From NCBI GenBank assembly GCA_045106415.1, contig JBGCEP010000085.1, positions 1 to 26,921 on the forward strand: a stretch of 26,921 bases of DNA, written 5' to 3'. The translations under genes and the position numbers were made by a program. Shown one piece after another: positions 18,707-26,921 of this stretch. The DNA comes from Oligoflexales bacterium. GTDB taxonomy: Bacteria > Bdellovibrionota_B > Oligoflexia > Oligoflexales > Bog-1112. How positions within the stretch are numbered: the stretch's first letter is position 1; each line of letters begins with the position of its first letter. Below the pieces are notes generated by a model, which saw only the letters and a list, made by a program, of their open reading frames with translations, did not search any database and was not told the origin of the DNA.

Positions 18707-19468
18707 ATGTGTTGCTCAGATGAGTTGCTGAAGAAATTTGTTAAAATAAAATCTGGATCTTTCATTATGGGGCGCTGTTCTCAATATGAAGGGCATGAAA
18801 ATTCAAGGCCAACACAAAAAATCTTTGTGGATGAATTTTATATGTCTCAACATGCAGTAACTGCATCTGAATATAAGCAATGTGTTGATGCTAAAGGCTG
18901 TGAATATTTAGGGCCTGAAATGCCAGGATTTATTTATTGGTTAAGATCTTTAATTAAGCCTGATTATGAAACTTATAATAAAAAAGGAAAAGAAAATTTT
19001 CCTATCAACTATGTAACTTGGAGTCAAGCAAAGCAATATGTGGCATGGCGATCAGAAAAAGAGCAACGTGCATATCGCTTATGCTATGAAAAAGAATGGG
19101 AATATGTTGCTAGGTCTGGTTTTGAAACTCGGTGGCCATTTGGTGACGATATTTCTTATTTGAAAGACTATGCTTGGTATGCTGCTAATAATCAAGATGC
19201 TCCAGGGCCTAAAGAGGTTATGACGAAAAAACCAAACCCATGGGGAATTTATGATCTAAATGGTAATATCGTTGAAATGCTTGCGGATCCATATAAACTT
19301 TATTCTGAGTGTGCAGAAGGTGATGAAAAAACTCCTACAACCCGTGGTGGTGGATATGGAAGCCACTGGACAGGGACAACAGCTTTTGCTAGAGGGACAG
19401 TTGGCGCAGAAAGACGCATTGCTGATGTCGGTTTTCGCTTATGTGCTAATAAAGATTCTTTTCTTTAA
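18707..19468 (+). CDS. FGE-sulfatase (SUMF1-like) domain protein, probably non-catalytic
   Basis: GSFIMG, PINYVTWSQA, EWEYVAR, KPNPWGIYDLNGNIVE and RGG..VGFR motifs. The catalytic Cys pair of true FGE is not seen. The track start at 18656 lies inside the terminator; ATG 18707 has GGAGG. Confidence 0.88.
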   Translation: MCCSDELLKKFVKIKSGSFIMGRCSQYEGHENSRPTQKIFVDEFYMSQHAVTASEYKQCVDAKGCEYLGPEMPGFIYWLRSLIKPDYETYNKKGKENFPINYVTWSQAKQYVAWRSEKEQRAYRLCYEKEWEYVARSGFETRWPFGDDISYLKDYAWYAANNQDAPGPKEVMTKKPNPWGIYDLNGNIVEMLADPYKLYSECAEGDEKTPTTRGGGYGSHWTGTTAFARGTVGAERRIADVGFRLCANKDSFL

Positions 19469-20447
19469 GTTCTGTTTTTAGCTTTTGAATTGTCTTTTTA
19501 AGAGAGACGATTTCATCTATGATATTGAGTCCGAAGCGGCTTCCTATACGATGGCGAGGTGTGCGAATATTTTCAATCTGACCTGATGGTGAAATATTTG
19601 CTACTTTTGAAATAAGAAGTGCGGAGTCACCAGTTTTTACAAGAACACCTCTATCATGACGACCAGTGACTTCACCTGGTGTGCCTGGATGATGAGGAAT
19701 TTGGGAGTTATAAGAACTTTCTAGTATAACGATGTTTTCATCGTTATAGATTGTTTGAGCTCCAGGTCCAGGAGGGTGAATAGATCGAATGAAATTGTGA
19801 ATGTCTTTGCTTTTATGATTCCAATCAATCCATTCGTCACCTTTACGTCGTCTTCCACAATAAAAGCCTTCTGTATGGATGTTTTTTTGAGGAATTCTTT
19901 GTTGTGTACCATTTTTAAAATCTAGAATAGCCGAATATAAAGTTTTAGAACACTGTGCTGTAACCTTTTCTAATAGAGTTCCGTAGTGATCATCTTGAAA
20001 AATAGAAACTTGATCTTGACGGACAATATCACCAGTATCGATACCATTATCAATATGATGAACAGTGACTCCGACGTGTGACTCTTCAAATGCAAGAGCC
20101 CAGTTTAAGATGTTTCTCCCTCTGTAAAAAGGAAGCATCCCAGCGTGGCAATTAATAAAACCAAGTTTAGTCATATGAAGAAGATCATTTTTGATAATTT
20201 GATCAAATGACATAGAAACATGAAGATCGGCTTTCTGTTTTTGAATCCAATTACGAGCATCTTCTGAGTTTACATTTTCAATGATTTTGGTAGGAATGTC
20301 ATTTCTTTGAGCAAGTTCTATTAATTTTTTATCAGGATTGCTGTATCTAGGAATGACAAAACACGTGTGAATACTCTTGTTCGCGAGGATTTTTTCTAAT
20401 GTTTGAATACCCCAAGGCCCATCTGCAAAATATCCGATACGTATCAT
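19446..20447 (-). CDS. Fmt-like formyltransferase, probably a sugar-nucleotide N-formyltransferase
   Basis: INCHAGMLPFYRG, GVTVHHIDNGIDTGDI and IDWN motifs, located in a glycan locus. Confidence 0.85.
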   Translation of the reverse strand: MIRIGYFADGPWGIQTLEKILANKSIHTCFVIPRYSNPDKKLIELAQRNDIPTKIIENVNSEDARNWIQKQKADLHVSMSFDQIIKNDLLHMTKLGFINCHAGMLPFYRGRNILNWALAFEESHVGVTVHHIDNGIDTGDIVRQDQVSIFQDDHYGTLLEKVTAQCSKTLYSAILDFKNGTQQRIPQKNIHTEGFYCGRRRKGDEWIDWNHKSKDIHNFIRSIHPPGPGAQTIYNDENIVILESSYNSQIPHHPGTPGEVTGRHDRGVLVKTGDSALLISKVANISPSGQIENIRTPRHRIGSRFGLNIIDEIVSLKKTIQKLKTELKEKNLY

Positions 20448-20526
20448 ATGCTTCCTAACTGTAAATGATTTAAGCGACTAAAATAAAAATATCCTGACAT
20501 ATTTCATGCTTTATAGACAGATGATT

Positions 20527-22641
20527 TTAACATTCAGGTTCTTCTATTTTTGCAATGAGAATTCTGGGATCTTGAGCACCATAATCTTGAGGTTTATAAT
20601 GATATGTTGATTTGATAGAAAAAAGGAAGTTGTTTTTTTGGGGGTTTTCAAAAATAAGATCCCATGAAGATTTATTTCCAGAAGATATATGTCTTTGATA
20701 TTGCTCGAATTTTTTCACCCATGGTTTTGTGTGAGTATTCACTGAAAAAGTTTCGATCTCGATTTGAGTTGTTTTAGGAGCTTGTGGAGGGAGGATAAGT
20801 GTGAATTGAACTTGATCTTTTTTCCCACAACTTTTAGCGATGAAAGAGCAGTTGTTTTCACACCATCTCCATAAGCGCTGATTGGTATGGTTCTTTTCCC
20901 AGGACCCTAATTTTTCATTTGAAAAAACTGCTAAATTTGTTGCTTCTCCAGTATAAGTTAACCAACTGGAAAGTCGTCGAGTGTTTTCTTGTATGTATTT
21001 TGTGAAAAATATTTTTTGCGGTTGAGAAATGAAATTTTGATGAAGGTCGAAAGGAAAAATTATTTTTTGGTCTGATAAAGGTAAAAAACCATGAAAACTT
21101 GATGTTTTTATTTCAGCAGTATCTTTCATAATTGGTGTGATCGTATATTCTTGATACATTTTTGTTGTTTGATGATTTGATATTTTCAAGGTGCTTGTTG
21201 GGCTTAGCCATCTTCTTAAGTTTTGATATTCGTCTTTTTCAAAGGCATAAATACCTAAACTTATTGTTTGAGAGAACCATAAACCAAAAGAAAGAAATAA
21301 AACACTCAGAGCTTTGATCGTTAATTTATTGATGTGTATGTCTGTTTTTTTCGGTTTTTCTGAACTAAGACCTAAAAGAAAACCAATGGCAATGGCGTAG
21401 TTAAACATAATAGGTCGAATATATGTCATGTTTTGGAAAATATTAGCTGTAATTATTGTCGCTAATAAAAGTAGTGCTAGGTTCTTGATCTTAGCGGGAT
21501 TTTTTTTATTGAAGACCTGATGCTTAAATATTAAATAAATATAGGCGTAGATGATTAAAAATTGAAAAAGACCTAGTTCAACTAAATTTTGTACGAAAAG
21601 ATTATGCGCTGTAGGTTTAGCGAGTGCTGAAAAAGATAAATCAGGATGTGTATGCAAATAGTCTTGAATGGAATTAAACCAATTTGCATAACCAATCCCT
21701 TGGAATGGGTATTCAAATAACATTTGAAAAGCAGATAACCATAATGTAAACCGTGCTTCACCTTGAACCTGAAGTATGATGTTTTGGTAGAAAAAGTAGA
21801 AACAAAAGGTGAGAAGTATAAATATGATTCCAATAGCATATCTGGTTGTTTTTTGAGAATATAGCTTGTATTTTTGGAGGTATATATGTATAAAAACAAA
21901 AAATTGAAGAATATAAAACAGAGCGACGGATCTTTGTAGAGAAAGAAGAATAAGAAAATGAAAAGAAATAAGAGATAGTAGAGCGATAGTGTAATCCAAA
22001 AAGTTTTTTTTCTTATGATAAATGATCTTCCATGTGAGTAGAGTGGCTATAAGGCTCAGGTATGGCCATCCCCACCCTGGGTTACCAAACCATGCCGTTG
22101 CTTGGTGGTTCCATTTTTCTAAATCGTAGCGCAAGAATTCTGGCAATAAAGATTTTATACCATAGAAATGTGCAAAAATTTCGCATGTCGTAATGATAAG
22201 AGCGCCGCATATAAGTGCGTTTATAAGGTGGTTAGACTTTTTATGATTCCGTGTGTAGAGAAAACTACAAAGAGCAATCATGATAGACGTGAATAAATAG
22301 TAAAATTGACGTGGCGCTGTTGAGATAAGGTCGCTAGACATGCCTAAGCATTCTAAGTATAGAGGGAAAGAAAGAGACGAGCAGTATTGAGGGCTTGAAT
22401 GATAGTCGCTCCAGGCGCTTAAACCCATCATTGTGAGAATGAGAAAGACGCCGCTTACTAAAAAAGCTTCAACTCGAGTGAGTGTGATTATGGGTTGAAG
22501 CGCAAGGACTATGAGAAAAAGACTAATAGAGATAGCTTCGGGAAAAAAAGGAAGAGCAGAGTCTGGGTTGTTGAAGATAAAATTTGGTAGAAAAACTGAA
22601 AGAAGAATTAGTAAAAAACAAATCTTTGTTTTCATGACCAA
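20527..22641 (-). CDS. O-antigen ligase / Wzy_C family protein with a long C-terminal soluble extension
   Basis: About 12 TM helices, FGNPG, ARFTLW..PFQGIGYANW..TAHNLFVQNLVELG, then about 240 hydrophilic residues. Confidence 0.85.
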   Translation of the reverse strand: MVMKTKICFLLILLSVFLPNFIFNNPDSALPFFPEAISISLFLIVLALQPIITLTRVEAFLVSGVFLILTMMGLSAWSDYHSSPQYCSSLSFPLYLECLGMSSDLISTAPRQFYYLFTSIMIALCSFLYTRNHKKSNHLINALICGALIITTCEIFAHFYGIKSLLPEFLRYDLEKWNHQATAWFGNPGWGWPYLSLIATLLTWKIIYHKKKNFLDYTIALLSLISFHFLILLSLQRSVALFYILQFFVFIHIYLQKYKLYSQKTTRYAIGIIFILLTFCFYFFYQNIILQVQGEARFTLWLSAFQMLFEYPFQGIGYANWFNSIQDYLHTHPDLSFSALAKPTAHNLFVQNLVELGLFQFLIIYAYIYLIFKHQVFNKKNPAKIKNLALLLLATIITANIFQNMTYIRPIMFNYAIAIGFLLGLSSEKPKKTDIHINKLTIKALSVLFLSFGLWFSQTISLGIYAFEKDEYQNLRRWLSPTSTLKISNHQTTKMYQEYTITPIMKDTAEIKTSSFHGFLPLSDQKIIFPFDLHQNFISQPQKIFFTKYIQENTRRLSSWLTYTGEATNLAVFSNEKLGSWEKNHTNQRLWRWCENNCSFIAKSCGKKDQVQFTLILPPQAPKTTQIEIETFSVNTHTKPWVKKFEQYQRHISSGNKSSWDLIFENPQKNNFLFSIKSTYHYKPQDYGAQDPRILIAKIEEPEC

Positions 22642-22674
22642 GTTCCCTAGATAGTGCGTCGTATGCTCAGGGTT

Positions 22675-23157
22675 TTAATGATGAGGGGTGGCGGTTCCTC
22701 TAAGTCGTGTCCGGTCTGTGGGTAAAGCTGGTTGTGTTGGTTGATTGCATTGTTGCCCATCCCATTCCCATTGGTATTCTTTACACAGTAGCCATTTTTT
22801 TATCCAAAGTGGAGAACGTCCCTTTGTCTGTGTTCCTCCCTTTGTTGCAACCGTGATGAGTAAGTTTCCTTTTATGTCGTGGACATAAAGAGCGTCAGCC
22901 CCGTGCTGACAAGCTAGATGCTTTGTGATTGTCATGGCTTCTGATAATGTTGTGTTATTCCAGGGGTATAGTGGGACTTTGACTTGGATTTTACAGAGTT
23001 GCTGGGCGTCTTTTGGCCATTGTTCTTTGCTGTCATAAATGTGAAGTTCACAACTAGGTGAGTAATGATCTTCTAAGTTTTGAATAAGGGGTGTGATATC
23101 AGAAGTGGTGCAGTGTGCTATGAAGAAAGTAGAGCACATGATATACAGTTTTTTCAT
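22675..23157 (-). CDS. Putative lipoprotein
   Basis: MKKLYIMCSTFFIAHC lipobox-like start with a GAAGG RBS; ACQHGADALY segment. Confidence 0.65.
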   Translation of the reverse strand: MKKLYIMCSTFFIAHCTTSDITPLIQNLEDHYSPSCELHIYDSKEQWPKDAQQLCKIQVKVPLYPWNNTTLSEAMTITKHLACQHGADALYVHDIKGNLLITVATKGGTQTKGRSPLWIKKWLLCKEYQWEWDGQQCNQPTQPALPTDRTRLRGTATPHH

Positions 23158-23348
23158 AATATCGCCTTCGAGCAGGGTGTCATGCATGGGTATCTTATCA
23201 TGTATTGATTTGATCATGCATGGCTTAAGAAAACAATGCTGTTTGTTTTTTATGATGGTTTGAAAGATTTTAGAAAAAAGGCGTTGATGATGTGTGTTCG
23301 CTGTTTTCTCATTATGATTTGGATGTTGTAGAGTGTGTTTATCTCCAG

Positions 23349-23520
23349 TGACTCGGTAGTTGAACCGCTGTTGTGAATTTACTTAAATCTACTTACGCAG
23401 ATTTAAAATCAAATTTTTGCTTCAACGAAGATAGTTTTATTTTTCTCATATGAGAAAAGCCAGAGTTTTATTTTCCACAAGCTGATGCCGCGCAGCTCGC
23501 AGCCATCTTTAAATTTAAAG
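23349..23520 (-). ncRNA. Predicted TnpB omega-RNA (scaffold ends 23365, guide follows)
   Basis: Same right-end hairpins; the terminal hairpin is AAATCTGC-GTAA-GTAGATTT (GNRA loop); ends ACAACAGCGG. Confidence 0.55.
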
Positions 23521-24127
23521 CAGCGTTGATATCTCTATCATACTGCGAAGAACAGTTCGTACATGTTCAAAATCTTTGAGACAGTTGAATGCCATGTCGA
23601 GTCAAACACTCCGAGCACAGCTTTGTTGGAGGAAAGAAACGGTCTATAGTCACAACCTGAGACCCTTTCATCTTCGCTTTGTATTCGAGTTGTCTTCTGA
23701 ACTTATAAAAACCCATATCTGCTATAGACCTTGCCAATCTTGATTTCTTCAGCATTCCTTTAACGTGATGATCATCAATAGCAATACAACCATAAACCTC
23801 AGTAAGGTGAAACGTGAGTTTATGGAGGGTGTCTTGGCGTATGCGATCGATACGAGCATGGCACCTTTGCAGATTATCTTTGACCTTTTGTCTGTTGCGG
23901 GAGCTTTTTTTGCAGCGACTGCAGATACGCTGAAATCTTTGCAGTTTTTTTATAGCATTGAGCTCTTTGTGTAAATCCATCTCATTTGGTTTTGCACCAA
24001 GTTCATAGAGTTCCTTCCAACGGCTTAAGCTTCAATAATAAGAAAAATGAACTATCCATGCAGATTTTGCAAAGAAAGTTCTTTGTTTATTATTGGGATT
24101 TAAAGCAATTTTATGAACTCGAATTAT
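23490..24127 (-). pseudogene. tnpB: TnpB pseudogene
   Basis: Start mutated to ATA; IRVHKIALNPNNKQRTFFAK N-terminus; stop at 24032. An in-frame deletion near 23948 removes the wedge and RuvC-I. RuvC-II reads IAIDD, there is a stop at 23567, then DRDINAALNL. Confidence 0.92.
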
Positions 24128-24142
24128 GAGGTCGCTTTTTTC

Positions 24143-24504
24143 TTAAGGTAGCAGCATCATTCCATAATGACGAGCAGAGAATACATTCATCAAAGTGATG
24201 ACGTCCTGAGTAAGCTCTTGTTTCGGTGATATTTCCATAGGATCGTCTAACAGAATGACCTCTGTTCCAAAAGACTCACATATCTTAAAAATAAGCTTAC
24301 TTCCAAAGCGCAGAAGACAGTCTTTATGTGTCAAAGTTAAAGACTCAACCTGTCCACTTAAAACCATTCCAATCAATTTTTGAAGGCCTTTTTTCTTATA
24401 ATTAAGGCCGATCACTAGGTTAGATACAACTTTATAAGGTGGTGATTCGTCTGTGCTGAAGTGTGTTTCTAGTCGATTCGCTTGCCTAACAATGTCGGAA
24501 GCGA
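24143..24504 (-). pseudogene. tnpA: IS607 tnpA C-terminal fragment
   Basis: SDIVRQ..GLNYKKKGLQKLI..THKDCLLRFG..ELTQDVITLMNVFSARHYG. The HTH and catalytic Ser are lost. Confidence 0.9.
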
Positions 24505-24978
24505 TTGGAGAGCATCGCGTTTGCGAAGAAGTTTCTCAACTCGAGAAAACCGGAAGTCTCGTATTACTGGTTTGATGAAGGCTTAAACCTTGAGCTCAAG
24601 TGTCGCCCAGATTTCAGAATAGATGATTATGAGACTGTGATCGATATTAAGACATCAAGAGATGTGAGCCATGATAAGTTTCGAAGATCAGCTTTTGATC
24701 TGGATTATGACTTATCAGCGGCCTTAACTCTAAGAGGCATTGAAGCTGTCACAGGTGTGAGGCCTGAAAAATACGTGTTCTTAGCGGTTGAGTCAGGTTC
24801 TTTTCCTGATGTAGCACTCTATGAAGCATCAAGTGAAATGATTGAAATCGGTGAAGATAAGCTTCAAAAGGCTGTGCGTATGTTGAAAGACTGTGAGTCT
24901 CGTGCTCATTGGCCTGTGAACTATGGTGGCGATGTATTGGAGTTGAGCCTTCCGCCTTGGCTTAAGAGGTCAGCATGA
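24505..24978 (+). pseudogene. 5'-truncated phage RecE / exonuclease VIII-like PD-(D/E)XK nuclease (DUF3799)
   Basis: PEVSYYW..LKCRPD..VIDIKT..YVFLAVE. It begins abruptly at the IS junction with no RBS or N-terminal part. Confidence 0.82.
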
Positions 24979-25290
24979 ATACTTCTAGTGCAAAGGCCAA
25001 AGGAAGGCGAGCGGCTCAGGCTCTAAAGGATGGAGCTTGAGCCAGATGATATTCGGGTGACCCCTTCAGGTGTCACAGGTCCTGATCTTCAATTGTCGCC
25101 GAAAGCTCAAAAGCAGATTCCTTTTACTATCGAGGTTAAAAATCAAGAAAGACTCAACATCTGGGCTTCTTTAAAACAGGCTCAAAACCATAAAAAGGAC
25201 TCCGATAATCCTCTTTTAGTCTTCACCAGAAATCGAGAAAACCTATACGCCTGCCTTCTTCTCGATGATTTCCTGTCTCTTATTTCATGA
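24975..25290 (+). pseudogene. Phage Holliday-junction-resolvase-like nuclease, frameshifted
   Basis: ATGA overlap with the upstream gene; MNTSSAKAKGRRAAQALKD, then a frame change into LEPDDIRVTPSGVTGPDLQLSP..IEVKNQERLNIW..PLLVFTRNR. Confidence 0.78.
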
Positions 25291-25308
25291 TCATTTTAAA
25301 GGTTTTTC

Positions 25309-25983
25309 ATGACAAACCCCGCGCAAGCTATGCCTGAATTCAACTATTGTGTCTCAAGAAAGTCTCGTTATGAACACTCAAAAAGCCTTGGTTTTTCTCC
25401 TTGGGACCTTATCAAACATTCTAGGAGTGGGGTTGAACCTCAGAAAATTTGGAGTCCTATCCAAATCACTCCTAGAACCAAGGTTCGAGAGGAGTGGTTA
25501 GATCGGTACTTGATTTTAAGTGCTATAGATCCAGATCTTGCTCAAATCATGTTAAAAGATCTGTGTCCTTTGGTTAGTGATGATCTTGCGGATTTAGAGC
25601 CGCAGGTTCTGGATCGCTATATGAAGATGGGCTCAATCCTATCAGGAAATCATTTTTTCAAAGATTGCAACATCTATCATGGTTCTATACAGCAGTCTCA
25701 GAGCTACTATGACAGATCTCGTGGTCATTTTGTCAAGTTGTACTCAGACTATCTTAGTCATGATGGTTCAAAGAGTTTTCAGATTCATGTGGTTTCTGAG
25801 TCTCAGTTGCGTCGCGCTAAGCGTGGTCTCATGCCTTTTAAACATAGGATCCACCAAGACTTAATTTCGTCTTTATCACGAATACTCTATGGGAAAGATC
25901 ACGAGGCTTCTTTTATCTTTGTGTCAGAAAATTCTTGCTACATTTTTAACCAATCCAAATTATCTAAGGACAGAAAAAGATGA
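25309..25983 (+). CDS. Phage-derived hypothetical protein, possibly a degenerate DUF3799/RecE paralog
   Basis: Intact 224-aa ORF with an AAAGG RBS; motif order resembles DUF3799 but lacks PD and DxK. Confidence 0.55.
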   Translation: MTNPAQAMPEFNYCVSRKSRYEHSKSLGFSPWDLIKHSRSGVEPQKIWSPIQITPRTKVREEWLDRYLILSAIDPDLAQIMLKDLCPLVSDDLADLEPQVLDRYMKMGSILSGNHFFKDCNIYHGSIQQSQSYYDRSRGHFVKLYSDYLSHDGSKSFQIHVVSESQLRRAKRGLMPFKHRIHQDLISSLSRILYGKDHEASFIFVSENSCYIFNQSKLSKDRKR

Positions 25984-26093
25984 GGTTTTTTTGAGAAAAA
26001 AGCAGTGAAAACAACTCTTGATACTCTTTTATTTAAGGTAATAAAAGACATCACCTCTTCTTCTTAGAGATGAATTTTTGAAAGGAAAAAATA

Positions 26094-26687
26094 GTGAAAA
26101 AAATCATTTTAGGACTTTGTCTACTAGCTTCTCATTCTTTCGGATCCTCTGTGGATGACTTCTTACACAAGACCCGAATTTCCGATGAAAATTATTACGA
26201 TTTTGAAAAACTTAGTCACTCTGAATCCCCTTGTAAAGCTTTGTTTAAAAGCCTCGGTCGTGAACACAAATTGGATTAATATATTGAAAATGTTCAAGCC
26301 TTGAGCTCTAATCTTTTTGGTGACTTAGAATCAGCTTTTTCTGAAGAAGAGATGGACGAACTGGTACAGTGGCCATCCGATTTTGAAAATATTTTCGACA
26401 AGGTTTTCTCTTTCTATAAGACCGCTACAGCTCAGGCTTCGGCCGCGACAGAAGAGCGCAAGGATTTGATCAAAAAGCTAAATGGATTGACTCGAGAGTT
26501 TGAGATGATTTCCACAGATGAGTCTTTGCTTCTTCCTTTGAGAGTTCATCGGTATAGCTGTCTTGATGATGGTGAAGTTGAGGACTTGATTCGCTATTAT
26601 GAGCACCCACTCGTTCAGAGAGAGCGAATGATCTATGCGGATTTTTGTAGTAAGGTCATGCAAGTAGCTCGAGAGATGGCTATGTAG
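26094..26687 (+). pseudogene. Exported DUF2059-like protein interrupted by one in-frame stop
   Basis: ORFs 26094..26279 and 26301..26687 share a frame, separated by TAA at 26277. Signal peptide at the start; YSCLDDGEVEDLIRYYEHPLVQR near the end. Confidence 0.7.
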
Positions 26688-26691
26688 TTTT

Positions 26692-26733
26692 AAAAACCGG
26701 GACTTCCAATTTGAAAATCCCGGTTTTTGGTTT
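26692..26733. terminator. Intrinsic terminator
   Basis: AAAAACCGGGA...TCCCGGTTTTT directly after stop 26687. Confidence 0.78.
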
Positions 26734-26921
26734 GAGATATGCCTGAAAGTTGTGGATTGGGATCATGCCAACCTTCCTCACACTTGCTCTATATCTAACA
26801 ACTCACCATCTTTGTAAAGATCTCCGTTCAAGAGGCCTGGAATTTGTTTGTATCCCTGTAACTTTCTCCATCTTTTTTCTGCCTCCAGCATCAGTTTAAA
26901 AGCCATGGTTTCTGCTACGTC
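26734..26921 (-). mobile_element. IS256-family element, right end (transposase C-terminus 26778..>26921)
   Basis: The minus strand reads DVAETMAFKLMLEAEKRWRKLQGYKQIPGLLNGDLYKDGE..*, followed by ATCCACAACTTTCAGGCATATCTC, which resembles an IS256 terminal repeat. Not in the ORF track. Confidence 0.85.

Larger units (their letters stand above)
23365..24504 (-). mobile_element. IS607-family derivative (copy 4): tnpA 3' part, internally deleted tnpB, right end; left end missing
   Basis: High nucleotide similarity to 7365-7950, tnpA-tnpB order, terminal GG. Confidence 0.92.

Noticed and set aside
15925..19468. Diversity-generating retroelement acting on the DUF1566 or FGE C-termini
   Set aside because: No reverse transcriptase or template repeat is in the window, and many variable-position codons end in A/G rather than the C/T expected from AAY templates. 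A remote DGR cannot be excluded.
19446..20447. Housekeeping methionyl-tRNA formyltransferase (fmt)
   Set aside because: Glycan-locus context, no adjacent def, and an N-terminus (YFADGPWG) unlike the FMGTP motif of true Fmt.
773..26663. Short antisense or nested ORFs in the track (e.g. 773..1333, 3612..3917, 7081..7311, 10495..10866, 13014..13289, 21582..21899, 26478..26663)
   Set aside because: They are shadows of well-supported genes or IS remnants and show no recognisable motifs.

Overview
AT-rich bacterial chromosomal window. The repeat/DUF1566 fibre lipoprotein and a GspN-like gene suggest Oligoflexia/Bdellovibrionota, but this is inference only. It holds ordinary genes (EamA transporter, YhhQ queuosine-precursor transporter, DUF2147, L-serine dehydratase) and an orphan three-gene cassette (class-III aminotransferase, SRPBCC, thioester reductase). 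It also has a 1061-aa repeat-stalk lipoprotein with a DUF1566 tip, a surface-glycan locus, decayed prophage recombination genes and the end of an IS256. The most striking pattern is five IS607-family (tnpA/tnpB) remnants in 27 kb, most of whose sequence the ORF track misses. Each is deleted differently and none has an intact protein in view, yet four keep the structured right end (predicted omega-RNA scaffold, with compensatory base changes). Each of those is followed by a different flanking 'guide', and two sit in tandem behind an element promoter just upstream of yhhQ. No CRISPR array, tRNA, rRNA or reverse transcriptase was seen.
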